Assembly (NCBI RefSeq): GCF_964355755.1
Contig: NC_092678.1
Coordinates: forward strand, 11,220,352-11,284,351
Origin: Antedon mediterranea
Lineage: Eukaryota; Animalia; Echinodermata
Direction of reading: 5' to 3'
DNA length: 64,000 nucleotides
Below, piece by piece: positions 1-10,269 of the stretch. How positions within the stretch are numbered: the stretch's first letter is position 1; each line of letters opens with the position of its first letter. A model generated the notes under the pieces. The model saw nothing but the letters and a program-made list of their open reading frames with translations, did not search any database and had not been told where the DNA came from. The position numbers were made by a program, and so were the translations under genes.

Positions 1-617
1 AAAAGTGGAAGAATATAAATATCTAGGACAAACACTGAGAATGGAAAACACCACGAAGGAAGAAATTCTGTTAAGAATAAAAGCAGGATGGATGAATTTT
101 GGCAGACACAAACACATGTTGACTGACAAGAGTATACCAATGTCACTGAGAAAGAAATTATTTAACCAATGTGTGCTATCAAGTATGACATATGGTTCAG
201 AGACATGGGCAATAACAAAGGAACTTGAACAGAAACTTACAACTACTCAAAGAGCAATGGAAAGGAAGATGATGAACTTATCGCTTCGAGACAGGGTAAA
301 TCATACAATCATAAGAAAAAAGACAGGTGTTACAGATATAATGGAGAAAGTAAGACAATCAAAATGGAGATGGGCTGGGCATGTGGCGAGATTTCAAGAT
401 AATAGATGGACATACAGATTAACAGAATGGCAACCAAGGGTAGGAAAGAGGAAAAGAGGAAGACAAAAAAGAAGGTGGAGAGATGATCTAACAACATACA
501 TTGGAACGGCTGCATGGACTAGGACAGCAAGAATTAGACAGAAATGGAAATGTTATGAGGAGGGCTTCATTCAACAATGGATGAACTAATGCCTAGATAG
601 ATAGATAGATAGATAGA
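1..617 (+). mobile_element. 3' end of RTE-clade LINE with (TAGA)n tail, running off the window start
   Basis: ORF 5-589 has RTE C-terminal motifs (YKYLG, YGSETW, KWRWAGHVAR, RGRQKRRWRD). The stop is followed almost directly by (TAGA)n at about 594-617, which merges into satellite A. Confidence 0.9.
5..589 (+). CDS. RTE LINE ORF2 C-terminal (post-RT) fragment
   Basis: 194-aa open frame with typical RTE thumb/C-terminal motifs; 5' part lies outside the window. Confidence 0.85.
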   Translation: MEEYKYLGQTLRMENTTKEEILLRIKAGWMNFGRHKHMLTDKSIPMSLRKKLFNQCVLSSMTYGSETWAITKELEQKLTTTQRAMERKMMNLSLRDRVNHTIIRKKTGVTDIMEKVRQSKWRWAGHVARFQDNRWTYRLTEWQPRVGKRKRGRQKRRWRDDLTTYIGTAAWTRTARIRQKWKCYEEGFIQQWMN

Positions 618-1387
618 CCATTTTGTGCATTTCGATGAAACTTGGTTACACAAATATATCAAAGTGCTTAAAATCACATTTAAAACCGTTTTAGACCATT
701 TTAAGCATTTCGATAAAACCTTTTACACAAAAATATCAAAGTCCACAAAATAGCTTAATATCGTATTTGGAAACGTTTTAGACCATTTTGAGCATTCCGA
801 CAAAACTTTTTCAAACAAAACATCAAAGTGTACAGAATAGCTTCAAATCGCTTTTAGTGACGTTTTAGACCATTTTGAGCATTTCGATGAAACTTGGTTA
901 CTCAAATATATCAAAGTGCTTAAAATCACATTTGAAACCGTTTTAGACCATTTTGAGTATTTCAATAAACTTTATACACAAAAATATCAAAGTGCACAAA
1001 ATAGCTTAACATCGTATTTGGAAACGTTTTAGACCATTTTGAGCATTTCGACAAAACTTGTTCACACAAAACATCAAAGTGTACAGAAAAGCTTATTATC
1101 CCATTTGGAAACGTTTTAAACCATATTGAGCATTTCGACAAAACATTTTCAAACAAAACATCAAAGTGCTAAGAATAGCTTGAAATCGCATTTGGAGACG
1201 TTTTATACCATTTTGTGCATTTCGATGAAACTTGGTTACACAAATATATCAAGGTGCTTAAAATCACATTTCAAACCGTTTTAAACCATTTTGAGCATTT
1301 CGACAAAACTTTTTCAAACAAAACATCAAAGTGCTAAGAATAGCTTGAAATCGCATTTGGAGACGTTTTAGACCATTTTGTGTATTT
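613..1387 (+). repeat. Satellite A block 1 (78 and 86-87 bp monomers)
   Basis: GTTTTAGACCATTTTG recurs; GACC at 616, 694, 781, 868, 946, 1032. Confidence 0.95.
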
Positions 1388-1522
1388 GACGTGAATGAGT
1401 TATGGTTAAACTTTAAATGTAAATTTATTGCAGCTATTAATGATGTTGTACCACTAAGGTCGGCCAAAAGGCGCCCTAAAAACCTTGGATCTCAAGGGAG
1501 ATTCTTAGTTTAATTAGAAAAA
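1388..1522 (+). pseudogene. 5' piece of a 5'-truncated CR1 LINE ORF2 (continues at 20263)
   Basis: Translates as DVNELWLNFKCKFIAAINDVVPLRSAKRRPKN / PWISREILSLIRK, the typical CR1 endonuclease-RT linker; continues as FYKAAIRSVNKDKWDRYKRSR at 20263. Confidence 0.8.
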
Positions 1523-1576
1523 CTAGATGGTACGCTCGCTTCGCTCGCGTACCATCTAGGTCGTGTCCACAGATGG

Positions 1577-2552
1577 CTCTCGAATACGTACCGCAGGACT
1601 ATAGTACATTGTCGTTTACAGAAACGAATAAATAGACACGATGATTTATGTAAAATTAGCACCCTGGGAATTAGGCCTTGTCTTAAAAAAATGAGTCCCA
1701 ATTTTTTATTTGAACTCATTTAAACAAACCCAATTTGTGTTTTGTATATAACATTAGAGTTGAGGGATGGGGAAGAGGATGGGAAGAACAATTTTAAAAT
1801 ATATTCTCTATCCACCTAGTAACGAAATATTGTTTTAAATGTTGTATAGGCCTATTAATAATATACCACTAAACACAGTAAAACATTTACGATTTATAAT
1901 ACTTTTTTAAAACTGTCCCTGTTATACGGTAGTCAATTGAAATAGTAAAGTCCATGTAACGATACACCACTACGACGTTTATATTTTTTTATAATTATTA
2001 ATTAATACAAACGTTGAGAAGCAACTGTCAGTAATCTACCCACAGTCACAGTAATAAATGTTCTTTGTATATTTTGTTTATATATCTAACAGTAACCACA
2101 TTCACAGTAAGACAATTTCGATTCAAATGGTGACCAAAAATGGTTAATACGTACAGTATTTACAATATTGTCAAAGTATTGCAATACTATATATAAGTTT
2201 TATTCTCCAAGGACCCATAAATTTACCTACTTGTTTTAAACCAAGGGCTCATAAATTTAACTACAAACTGGGAGTCTGAGAGATTGGAATGTTCCATTCA
2301 TCGCAAATCAATACATTTGTATAAACGTATATTAAATCTATCAAAATAGTATTTTTTAAAGAAAATCGGCCTGTCTTCAACATTATGATACTGTACTCGA
2401 GCTGTTCAACCGGTTTTCAGCTATTAAAAACAATTATCGTAGGAGGAGATAGGAAAATGCGAAGTATCCTCGTATTATTGTGTGCAGGTATTTTTCATGA
2501 GGACATCCATTAGACAGTGTATACCACGATCGGAAAACACCCCTATTTGGGT
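1577..2552. repeat. First copy of a ~1-kb internal tandem duplication of the Helitron; second copy is split over ~2553-2697, ~15400-15542 and ~19463-20060
   Basis: Shared strings: TACGTACCGCAGGAC..AAAATTAGCACCCTGGGAATTA (1585/2603); GTTGAGGGATGG..TAGTAACGAAATA (1759/15482); CACTAAACACAGTAAAACATT (1867/19491); TTAGACAGTGTATACCACGATCGGAAAACACCCCTA (2510/20014). Confidence 0.85.
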
Positions 2553-2993
2553 TCTCGAATACATAATAATTTCAGCGTTAAAAAACTGGCGATTATAAAT
2601 GTACGTACCGCAGGACAATAATACATGTCGTTTACAGGAACGAATAAATAGACACTGTGATTTATGTACTCAACTAAAATTAGCACCCTGGGAATTACTT
2701 CCGAAAGAGAAACTTTTTCAATTCAATTCAAATAAACATTTATTTCTTTCATTCATATTTGAGTAAAAAACATTATAATTTCTGATATTTTATAAATAAA
2801 TATTTTTTTTTTTCGAGATATAATACAGTAAATCATAATGTATAAAAAGATGATTCAGTTATATACAAAATGAAAGAGGCAAAAAAACCCAAGAAAGTAT
2901 CGATCAATTGGAAAAAAAAAAATCCAATTGAAACTTGTATGTTGGGAAGCCATGTAAGAACATTATATACTTATATATATAAATGTAAACATA

Positions 2994-4088
2994 TGTGGGG
3001 ATTAATCTAATCATGTGATAATTAAATACTGCCCCCTATAGGTGTTGCTGCCCCCTATAATTGTAACAGTCTTTTTCAAATGATTTGCTTTCTTTTGTAT
3101 TCATGAACCGGTCAAGGAAGCAGATAGTTTTGTCTCTTACTTAATTAAAGATCTGATTAAAAGGTAATTACTCTACTTTATACATATATTACTTTGTTAT
3201 ACATTTATAAGATTCTGTTATGTTTAAGAAACATTAATGTTGTATTTTAAGATGATTGCATTCATAGGCCTAGACATTTGTTTTGGGTTAACCTTGACTC
3301 ATGGAATGTGCAGTTAGGAAGCCTATTGAATAGTATTGTGTTACAATCTTTGAACTAGGATTTTATGCCATATAATGTTATAATATATACTTTTGTGATA
3401 AACCTTCTTTGTATTAACAAAATATGTTTAGATAGATTTAGTAATGTTTAGTTTATAGAAGATAGTTTCTAGTTAACAGTTTGTATAAAATAGTTCATCC
3501 TACAGTTCACACTTGATTAATTTGTACACACGAGGCTACCATGCTCGTGATAGATCGTCATGTAGTGCGCCCTCTATTTATCATACAAAATGGCTGCGCC
3601 CATGGATTTGTTATTTATATATTTTACACAAACCTAAGATTATAACTCCTTGATTCAATGAATAGACTAAGTTTAGTATTCAAATAGTGTGAGTAAATTC
3701 CAACATGCATTTATTCTAGTAATATAATAGTAATATTCAGGCACTTATGATGCAATTGTGTAGGTAAATAATTAGGTATTTGTATACTCTAACAAAGTAT
3801 ACAGAGGCTGTTTAGGTAGACGTGCCGTTTGACGTAATAGTCGCAGTCCTCAGAGAGAATCCTTTTTATTAGAGTCGCCTGTTAAGTTGAGGTCGTTACT
3901 AAGAATTGGCTTGTATTTTAGAATATTATTTACTTTTGTTTCTCATTGTATTTATTTTGTGGTTTTCAGGACCATACTGATCTCTATTGTTATGCTAAAA
4001 ACAAATTAAAACCAAATACACCACCGGACCGTGGTAAAAGTGAGAAAAGGCGTGTTTTTCCTTTTGTGTTGTCGTCCACATCCTTACA
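2994..4088 (+). repeat. 5' LTR of Gypsy element 1
   Basis: TGTGGGGATT...TCCTTACA, repeated at 9057-10151. Confidence 0.97.
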
Positions 4089-4091
4089 ATT

Positions 4092-4109
4092 TGGTGTCAG
4101 AAGTGGGAT
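4092..4109 (+). other. Primer-binding site complementary to the tRNA-Leu 3' end
   Basis: TGGTGTCAGAAGTGGGAT immediately after the 5' LTR. Confidence 0.85.
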
Positions 4110-4146
4110 CGTGGATCGTATTTGGCTTTAACATTAGAGATCAGTG

Positions 4147-5070
4147 ATGGCAAGCAAGGCATCGTTGCGAGATGTGCAGAGGACGGTTGATGAGCTAAGA
4201 GCCGAACTAGAAGCAACTAGGCGTGCTGCCCATGGGAATGGAAACACAGTATATGTTCTCCCAGAGAAGAAGATGAGACACTTTGTGGGAGCCGAAGGGG
4301 AATGTGTAGAGTCCTTTGTTGAAGACATCAAGGCAGCTATAAAAGTCAGAAAATTGCGAGGACAGAATGCAGCTGATTTTGTTGTTTCTCACCTAGAAGG
4401 CGCCGCACGAAGAGAAATTAGGCATCGTCCACGGGTAGCAGATGACTCGGAGCTAATACTTAGGACCTTACAAGATACCTTTGGCGAGCGGATGTCACTA
4501 AATACCATTATGAGGCAGATATATAATGCCATTCAGAAGAGAGGACAATCCATTTCGGATTATGCATTCGTTTTGCTAGGATTTTCAGAGAAGTTGGGTA
4601 GAATTCCAAATGCTCCAGATCCTGAACGAACAATTCGAGACCAGTTTTGTGAGGGTTTAGCCGATAGCGTGTTACGAAGAGAGCTGAAAAAGATGTTAAA
4701 GGACGATCCAGGTGTTACTTTCTTTAGGTTAAGGGATTGGGCGATGGATATGGAGGAGGAAGATGGCCTTCATCGAAAACCTGTAAAAGCTTATTCTTAC
4801 GTCACCGAAGCAGATGATCAGATTTTGAAAACATTAGAAAATCTCTCGCTGGCAGTAAAGATGCAAACGGAGATTACAGAAGACATTCGTAATAAACAGG
4901 AAGAATTCACTAACCGGCTAGAAAAGTTAGAGAACCAATCCAAAGAAAGAACACAGAGAAAATCTACAAGGCGAGACAAATCCACTGTTCAGTGTCACCG
5001 ATGTAAACAGATGGGACATTATGCTAGCGAATGCCCTAGTCCATGTGTAGTATCGAGTTCGGAAAACTAA
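4147..5070 (+). CDS. gag: Gypsy Gag with C-terminal CCHC zinc knuckle
   Basis: Open frame from ATG 4147; CHRCKQMGHYASEC knuckle; capsid-like helical region. Confidence 0.92.
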   Translation: MASKASLRDVQRTVDELRAELEATRRAAHGNGNTVYVLPEKKMRHFVGAEGECVESFVEDIKAAIKVRKLRGQNAADFVVSHLEGAARREIRHRPRVADDSELILRTLQDTFGERMSLNTIMRQIYNAIQKRGQSISDYAFVLLGFSEKLGRIPNAPDPERTIRDQFCEGLADSVLRRELKKMLKDDPGVTFFRLRDWAMDMEEEDGLHRKPVKAYSYVTEADDQILKTLENLSLAVKMQTEITEDIRNKQEEFTNRLEKLENQSKERTQRKSTRRDKSTVQCHRCKQMGHYASECPSPCVVSSSEN

Positions 5071-8000
5071 CATCACCCAGCTACAAGAGCCGTGTCCTGG
5101 GTGAGTGTGAGAGTGAAAATGGCTCAGTGGAGCCCAACGTATCTAATTTAATTGGAACCTGTCCAACTGTAAATATCAAACTATTTGGGAGACAAGTGGA
5201 AGCGATACTAGACACCGGTTCTCAAGTTACCACATTGTCTGAAGACTACTTCCATGAACATTTCAACCATATCTCATTGGAAAAGCTAAATTGGCTTACA
5301 ATTCGGGCTGCAAATGGGTCATCTATACCCTATGCAGGTTATTTCATATCCGACATCGAGTTGAACGGAGCGGTTATTTCGAACTGTGGTATACTAGTAG
5401 TAAAGACGTCAACTAGGTTTCCAATGTTATTGGGGATGAATGTCATCAAACACTTCACATCTGACATAGAGAAGCAACTTAATTTTACCAAACCACCAAT
5501 CAATCTGTCGCAAGCCATTCAAGGCTTATTACGAGTTGATATACCAAAAAGCCTAGTCGTTCCACCTACAAGCGCTATTTACGTTCCAGTAACTGGTCCT
5601 ATGTGCTCCGAGAGTGAAGTGCTCATAGAACCAATCGAAAATACTCCGAAAGGACTTGTCACCAGTTGTTCCCTGGCAAGTATAAAGAATGGACGCCTTA
5701 ATGTACAAGTAGTAAATGTAACTGATGAGGTGATATGGCTGAAACCGAGAACACCTGTTGGTAAAGTTCAAACTGTTGTTATGGTCGACGATGGAAGTGT
5801 GTGTATGGACAGAATCAGCGTGGATAGTAATGATGTATATTCTCTATCTCTGGAAACATCCTGTAAAGAACAAGTTTTTAAACAGCTTTGGAATGGACTA
5901 AGCAATGAAGAAGAAAAATCAACTAAAGCCTTTCTGTTAAAGCATGCAGATATATTTGCTGAAAATGATGAAGACCTTGGTCATACAGATAAAGTAAAGC
6001 ACCCCATTCAACTTTCCGATGAAACTCCAATCAAACAGCCATATCGGCGCATACCACCATCACAATTGGAAGAAGTACGAGAGCATATTAGGAAGTTGCT
6101 GAAGAAAAATGTTATTCGAGAGAGTACCAGTCCGTTTGCCTCGCCAATTGTTCTTGTTCGTAAACCAGATGGTTCATTAAGATTGTGCGTTGATTATCGC
6201 CAGTTAAATAAGAAGACAATCAAAGATAGTTATCCCATTCCACGTATTGATGAGTCTTTGGATGCTCTTCATGGCGCTAAATGGTTCACTTCAATTGACT
6301 TAATTTCCGGTTATCATCAGATAGAAATGGAAGACAAAGACAGAATAAAAACCAGTTTCACTACTCCTTTTGGATTATTTGAATATAACCGTATGCCATT
6401 TGGACTGTGCAACGCTCCTGGCACTTTTCAACGACTTATGCAAGCCTGTCTTCGTGATCAATTTTTCAAATCCGTTTTGTGTTATTTAGATGACATACTG
6501 ATTTATTCTAGTAGTTTTGAGGATCATCTAGAACACCTTGATGTTGTTTTCAATCGACTACGAGAATTTGGACTGAAGATAAAACCAAGTAAATGTGACT
6601 TATTTTGTCCAAAAGTTAAATATCTAGGACATATTGTAACCAGAGATGGAGTTGCAGCAGATCCAGAAAAGCTGACTGCAGTAAAAGATTGGCCTGTACC
6701 TTCCACTGTGAAAGAGTTGCGTTCATTTTTAGGTTTTTGTTCGTTTTACCGACGATTTGTACCTGGTTTCTCGCAGATAGCTGGACCTCTACACAACCTA
6801 GTTGCAGAGTCTTTGAAAGAGATTAAGGAGAAGAAATTTGTTAATTTTAAATGGAGGCCCAAACACCAAAGTGCATTTGAGGTGTTGAAGACCAAGCTCT
6901 GTTCAGAACCAGTACTTGCTTATGCAGATTTTACCTTGCCTTTCGAAGTAGAAATAGATGCATCATTTATTGGGTTGGGAGCGGTGTTGTCACAAGTACA
7001 GGATGGGAAAAGACGTGTAATCGCATATGCAAGCCGAACGTTACGAGGTGCAGAACGAAATATGAAAAAGTATTCTAGTATGAAGCTGGAGATGCTGGGA
7101 ATGAAGTGGGCAATTTCAGACAAGTTTCGTGATTATCTTTTAGGAAACAAATTTATTGTGTTTACAGACAATAATCCGTTGGCTCACCTTAACTCTGCCA
7201 AGTTAGATGCAGTTAGTCAGCGATGGATTAGCGAGTTGTCATCTTTTAATTTTGAAGTTCATTACAAGCCGGGGAAAAACAATCAAGCAGCAGACGCTCT
7301 ATCTCGAAGAGCTCACAGAGAAGACCCCGTTATAACTTCCGAAGACTTCCGACAGACAGCTGGAATGACCAGTCTCCCTGAATGTTTAGCTAATCACAAT
7401 TCCAGTTCTATAAACATCCAAACACATGTACAAGCACTCAAGGCGGTACCCGTATTTCCTGGCTACGACAACCAACAGCTGGCTGAATTTCAACGGAAAG
7501 ATTCATCCATTGCAAGACTTTGGCACTACATTAGTCTCAACCGTAAACCTAACCCTGACGAGAGAAGCAATGAAACCGAGGAAGTTCGACTACTTCTACG
7601 ACAGTTAGATCGTATACAAGTCAGAGATGATCTACTTTACCGAGTGAGCGCTGATGGCGACCAGTGGCAATTCATTCTACCTGACGTATTAAGAGAAGAT
7701 GTCATGAAAGCCTGTCATGATCAAACAGGTCACCAAGGAGCAAACCGAACTGTAGGTTTAATACGCAAACGTTGTTTCTGGCCGAAGATGTATGAGAACA
7801 TAACTTCATGGTGTGAACAGTGTGACCGATGTTCAAAGGCTAAAGTTGGTCCTAAAGTCCGGGAACCGTTAAGAAGTATCGTCGCTTCAAAACCAAATGA
7901 AGTTGTTGCTGTTGACTTTACTTTACTTGAGAAGGACTCTACCGGAAAAGAAAACGTGCTCGTGATCACCGATGTCTTCTCCAAGTACACATTAGCTGTT

Positions 8001-8987
8001 GCAACCAAAAACCAAACCGCAGAGACAACAGCAAAGATACTGGTAAGGGAATGGTTCACCAAGTTTGGTATTCCTCAAAGACTCCACTCCGACCAGGGAC
8101 GGAATTTTGAATCTTCACTTATTCGTTCACTTTGTACAATGTATGGAGTAACCAAGACAAGAACAACACCGTACCATCCTGAGGGAAACGGACAAGCAGA
8201 ACGATTCAACAGAACTCTGCATGATCTATTGAAATCACTACCAAGCAATCAGAAACGAAGATGGTCCGAACATTTGCCTGAAGTACTTTATGCCTACAAT
8301 GTAGCTGAACATTCATCAACTGGCTTTTCTCCATTCTTCTTGATGTTTGGAAGACAACCTAAACTACCTATCGATTTTCTGTTAAATAACCACCCAGAAC
8401 AAATAGTAGCGGTACCTGAAGAGATAAATGATTGGTTAGCCTCGAGTATGGAAACCATGAAGATGACGTATGAGAAAGCAGGGGAGCGTCTCAAACAGGA
8501 AGCAGAGAACCGGAAGAAGATCTACGACCAGAAAGCTAAAGAGAAACCGTTGGCAACGGGTACAAAAGTCTTTACCAAGTCGCATCCACTAGGGAGACAC
8601 AAGATTGCTGATGAATGGGACCCAGCAATTTTTGAAATTATATCCAGACCTGGAGGTAACACTTCTTACACTGTTAAACGTGCAGATGGTACTGGTGGAG
8701 AGAGAACTGTTCATCGTCGCGAAATAAAACCATGTCCTTTGGTGTACCAACAACCAGAGCAAGAAAATCAACAACCAATGTCCTATGTGTTCGGTAACTC
8801 ACAGTCCGATTCTGATGGCGTTAGTTCAGACGATACACCTCGACGCAGCATCCGACTAAGGAAGAAGTTTAATCAAAGATGTCAATCAGTACATGGATCC
8901 AATGATATGCTCAACCAACGTCTAGTTAATATTAATGATATTTTGATAAGTGTGCGTACCAAATGTAAAATGTTTCTGCATATTTAG
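5043..8987 (+). CDS. pol: Gypsy Pol (protease-RT-RNase H-integrase), -1 frame relative to gag
   Basis: LDTGSQ protease, YLDD RT, DAS/TDN/ADALSR RNase H, HHCC zinc finger and DDE integrase (HSDQG..F, GQAERFNRTL). Confidence 0.96.
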   Translation: MCSIEFGKLTSPSYKSRVLGECESENGSVEPNVSNLIGTCPTVNIKLFGRQVEAILDTGSQVTTLSEDYFHEHFNHISLEKLNWLTIRAANGSSIPYAGYFISDIELNGAVISNCGILVVKTSTRFPMLLGMNVIKHFTSDIEKQLNFTKPPINLSQAIQGLLRVDIPKSLVVPPTSAIYVPVTGPMCSESEVLIEPIENTPKGLVTSCSLASIKNGRLNVQVVNVTDEVIWLKPRTPVGKVQTVVMVDDGSVCMDRISVDSNDVYSLSLETSCKEQVFKQLWNGLSNEEEKSTKAFLLKHADIFAENDEDLGHTDKVKHPIQLSDETPIKQPYRRIPPSQLEEVREHIRKLLKKNVIRESTSPFASPIVLVRKPDGSLRLCVDYRQLNKKTIKDSYPIPRIDESLDALHGAKWFTSIDLISGYHQIEMEDKDRIKTSFTTPFGLFEYNRMPFGLCNAPGTFQRLMQACLRDQFFKSVLCYLDDILIYSSSFEDHLEHLDVVFNRLREFGLKIKPSKCDLFCPKVKYLGHIVTRDGVAADPEKLTAVKDWPVPSTVKELRSFLGFCSFYRRFVPGFSQIAGPLHNLVAESLKEIKEKKFVNFKWRPKHQSAFEVLKTKLCSEPVLAYADFTLPFEVEIDASFIGLGAVLSQVQDGKRRVIAYASRTLRGAERNMKKYSSMKLEMLGMKWAISDKFRDYLLGNKFIVFTDNNPLAHLNSAKLDAVSQRWISELSSFNFEVHYKPGKNNQAADALSRRAHREDPVITSEDFRQTAGMTSLPECLANHNSSSINIQTHVQALKAVPVFPGYDNQQLAEFQRKDSSIARLWHYISLNRKPNPDERSNETEEVRLLLRQLDRIQVRDDLLYRVSADGDQWQFILPDVLREDVMKACHDQTGHQGANRTVGLIRKRCFWPKMYENITSWCEQCDRCSKAKVGPKVREPLRSIVASKPNEVVAVDFTLLEKDSTGKENVLVITDVFSKYTLAVATKNQTAETTAKILVREWFTKFGIPQRLHSDQGRNFESSLIRSLCTMYGVTKTRTTPYHPEGNGQAERFNRTLHDLLKSLPSNQKRRWSEHLPEVLYAYNVAEHSSTGFSPFFLMFGRQPKLPIDFLLNNHPEQIVAVPEEINDWLASSMETMKMTYEKAGERLKQEAENRKKIYDQKAKEKPLATGTKVFTKSHPLGRHKIADEWDPAIFEIISRPGGNTSYTVKRADGTGGERTVHRREIKPCPLVYQQPEQENQQPMSYVFGNSQSDSDGVSSDDTPRRSIRLRKKFNQRCQSVHGSNDMLNQRLVNINDILISVRTKCKMFLHI

Positions 8988-9056
8988 TGTAATCTTAATC
9001 TTACATTTTATTTCATAATATTAAGTTTGAGGACAAACTCGGCTTAAACAGGGGAG

Positions 9057-10151
9057 TGTGGGGATTAATCTAATCATGTGATAATTAAATACTGCCCCCT
9101 ATAGGTGTTGCTGCCCCCTATAATTGTAACAGTCTTTTTCAAATGATTTGCTTTCTTTTGTATTCATGAACCGGTCAAGGAAGCAGATAGTTTTGTCTCT
9201 TACTTAATTAAAGATCTGATTAAAAGGTAATTACTCTACTTTATACATATATTACTTTGTTATACATTTATAAGATTCTGTTATGTTTAAGAAACATTAA
9301 TGTTGTATTTTAAGATGATTGCATTCATAGGCCTAGACATTTGTTTTGGGTTAACCTTGACTCATGGAATGTGCAGTTAGGAAGCCTATTGAATAGTATT
9401 GTGTTACAATCTTTGAACTAGGATTTTATGCCATATAATGTTATAATATATACTTTTGTGATAAACCTTCTTTGTATTAACAAAATATGTTTAGATAGAT
9501 TTAGTAATGTTTAGTTTATAGAAGATAGTTTCTAGTTAACAGTTTGTATAAAATAGTTCATCCTACAGTTCACACTTGATTAATTTGTACACACGAGGCT
9601 ACCATGCTCGTGATAGATCGTCATGTAGTGCGCCCTCTATTTATCATACAAAATGGCTGCGCCCATGGATTTGTTATTTATATATTTTACACAAACCTAA
9701 GATTATAACTCCTTGATTCAATGAATAGACTAAGTTTAGTATTCAAATAGTGTGAGTAAATTCCAACATGCATTTATTCTAGTAATATAATAGTAATATT
9801 CAGGCACTTATGATGCAATTGTGTAGGTAAATAATTAGGTATTTGTATACTCTAACAAAGTATACAGAGGCTGTTTAGGTAGACGTGCCGTTTGACGTAA
9901 TAGTCGCAGTCCTCAGAGAGAATCCTTTTTATTAGAGTCGCCTGTTAAGTTGAGGTCGTTACTAAGAATTGGCTTGTATTTTAGAATATTATTTACTTTT
10001 GTTTCTCATTGTATTTATTTTGTGGTTTTCAGGACCATACTGATCTCTATTGTTATGCTAAAAACAAATTAAAACCAAATACACCACCGGACCGTGGTAA
10101 AAGTGAGAAAAGGCGTGTTTTTCCTTTTGTGTTGTCGTCCACATCCTTACA
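9057..10151 (+). repeat. 3' LTR of Gypsy element 1, preceded by PPT AAACAGGGGAG
   Basis: Same length as the 5' LTR; no differences noticed by eye. Confidence 0.97.
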
Positions 10152-10269
10152 CATATAAATACACAAACACATATAGATCAACAGACACACACACACACAC
10201 CAACAGTAAAGGAAGCAATTTCGAAAAAGTTTCTAAAGTTAAAAAAATATTACAAAATAGAGAAAACAA

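Larger units (their letters stand above)
2994..10151 (+). mobile_element. Full-length, apparently intact Ty3/Gypsy LTR retrotransposon (PNMA-like Gag, tRNA-Leu PBS)
   Basis: 1095-bp TG...CA LTRs, 4-bp TSD CATA (2990-2993 / 10152-10155), PBS, PPT, open gag and pol. Confidence 0.97.

Noticed and set aside
962-1467. Short ORFs in satellite A (also 32393-32632, 33637-33891, 37469-37708)
   Set aside because: Translations of satellite monomers.
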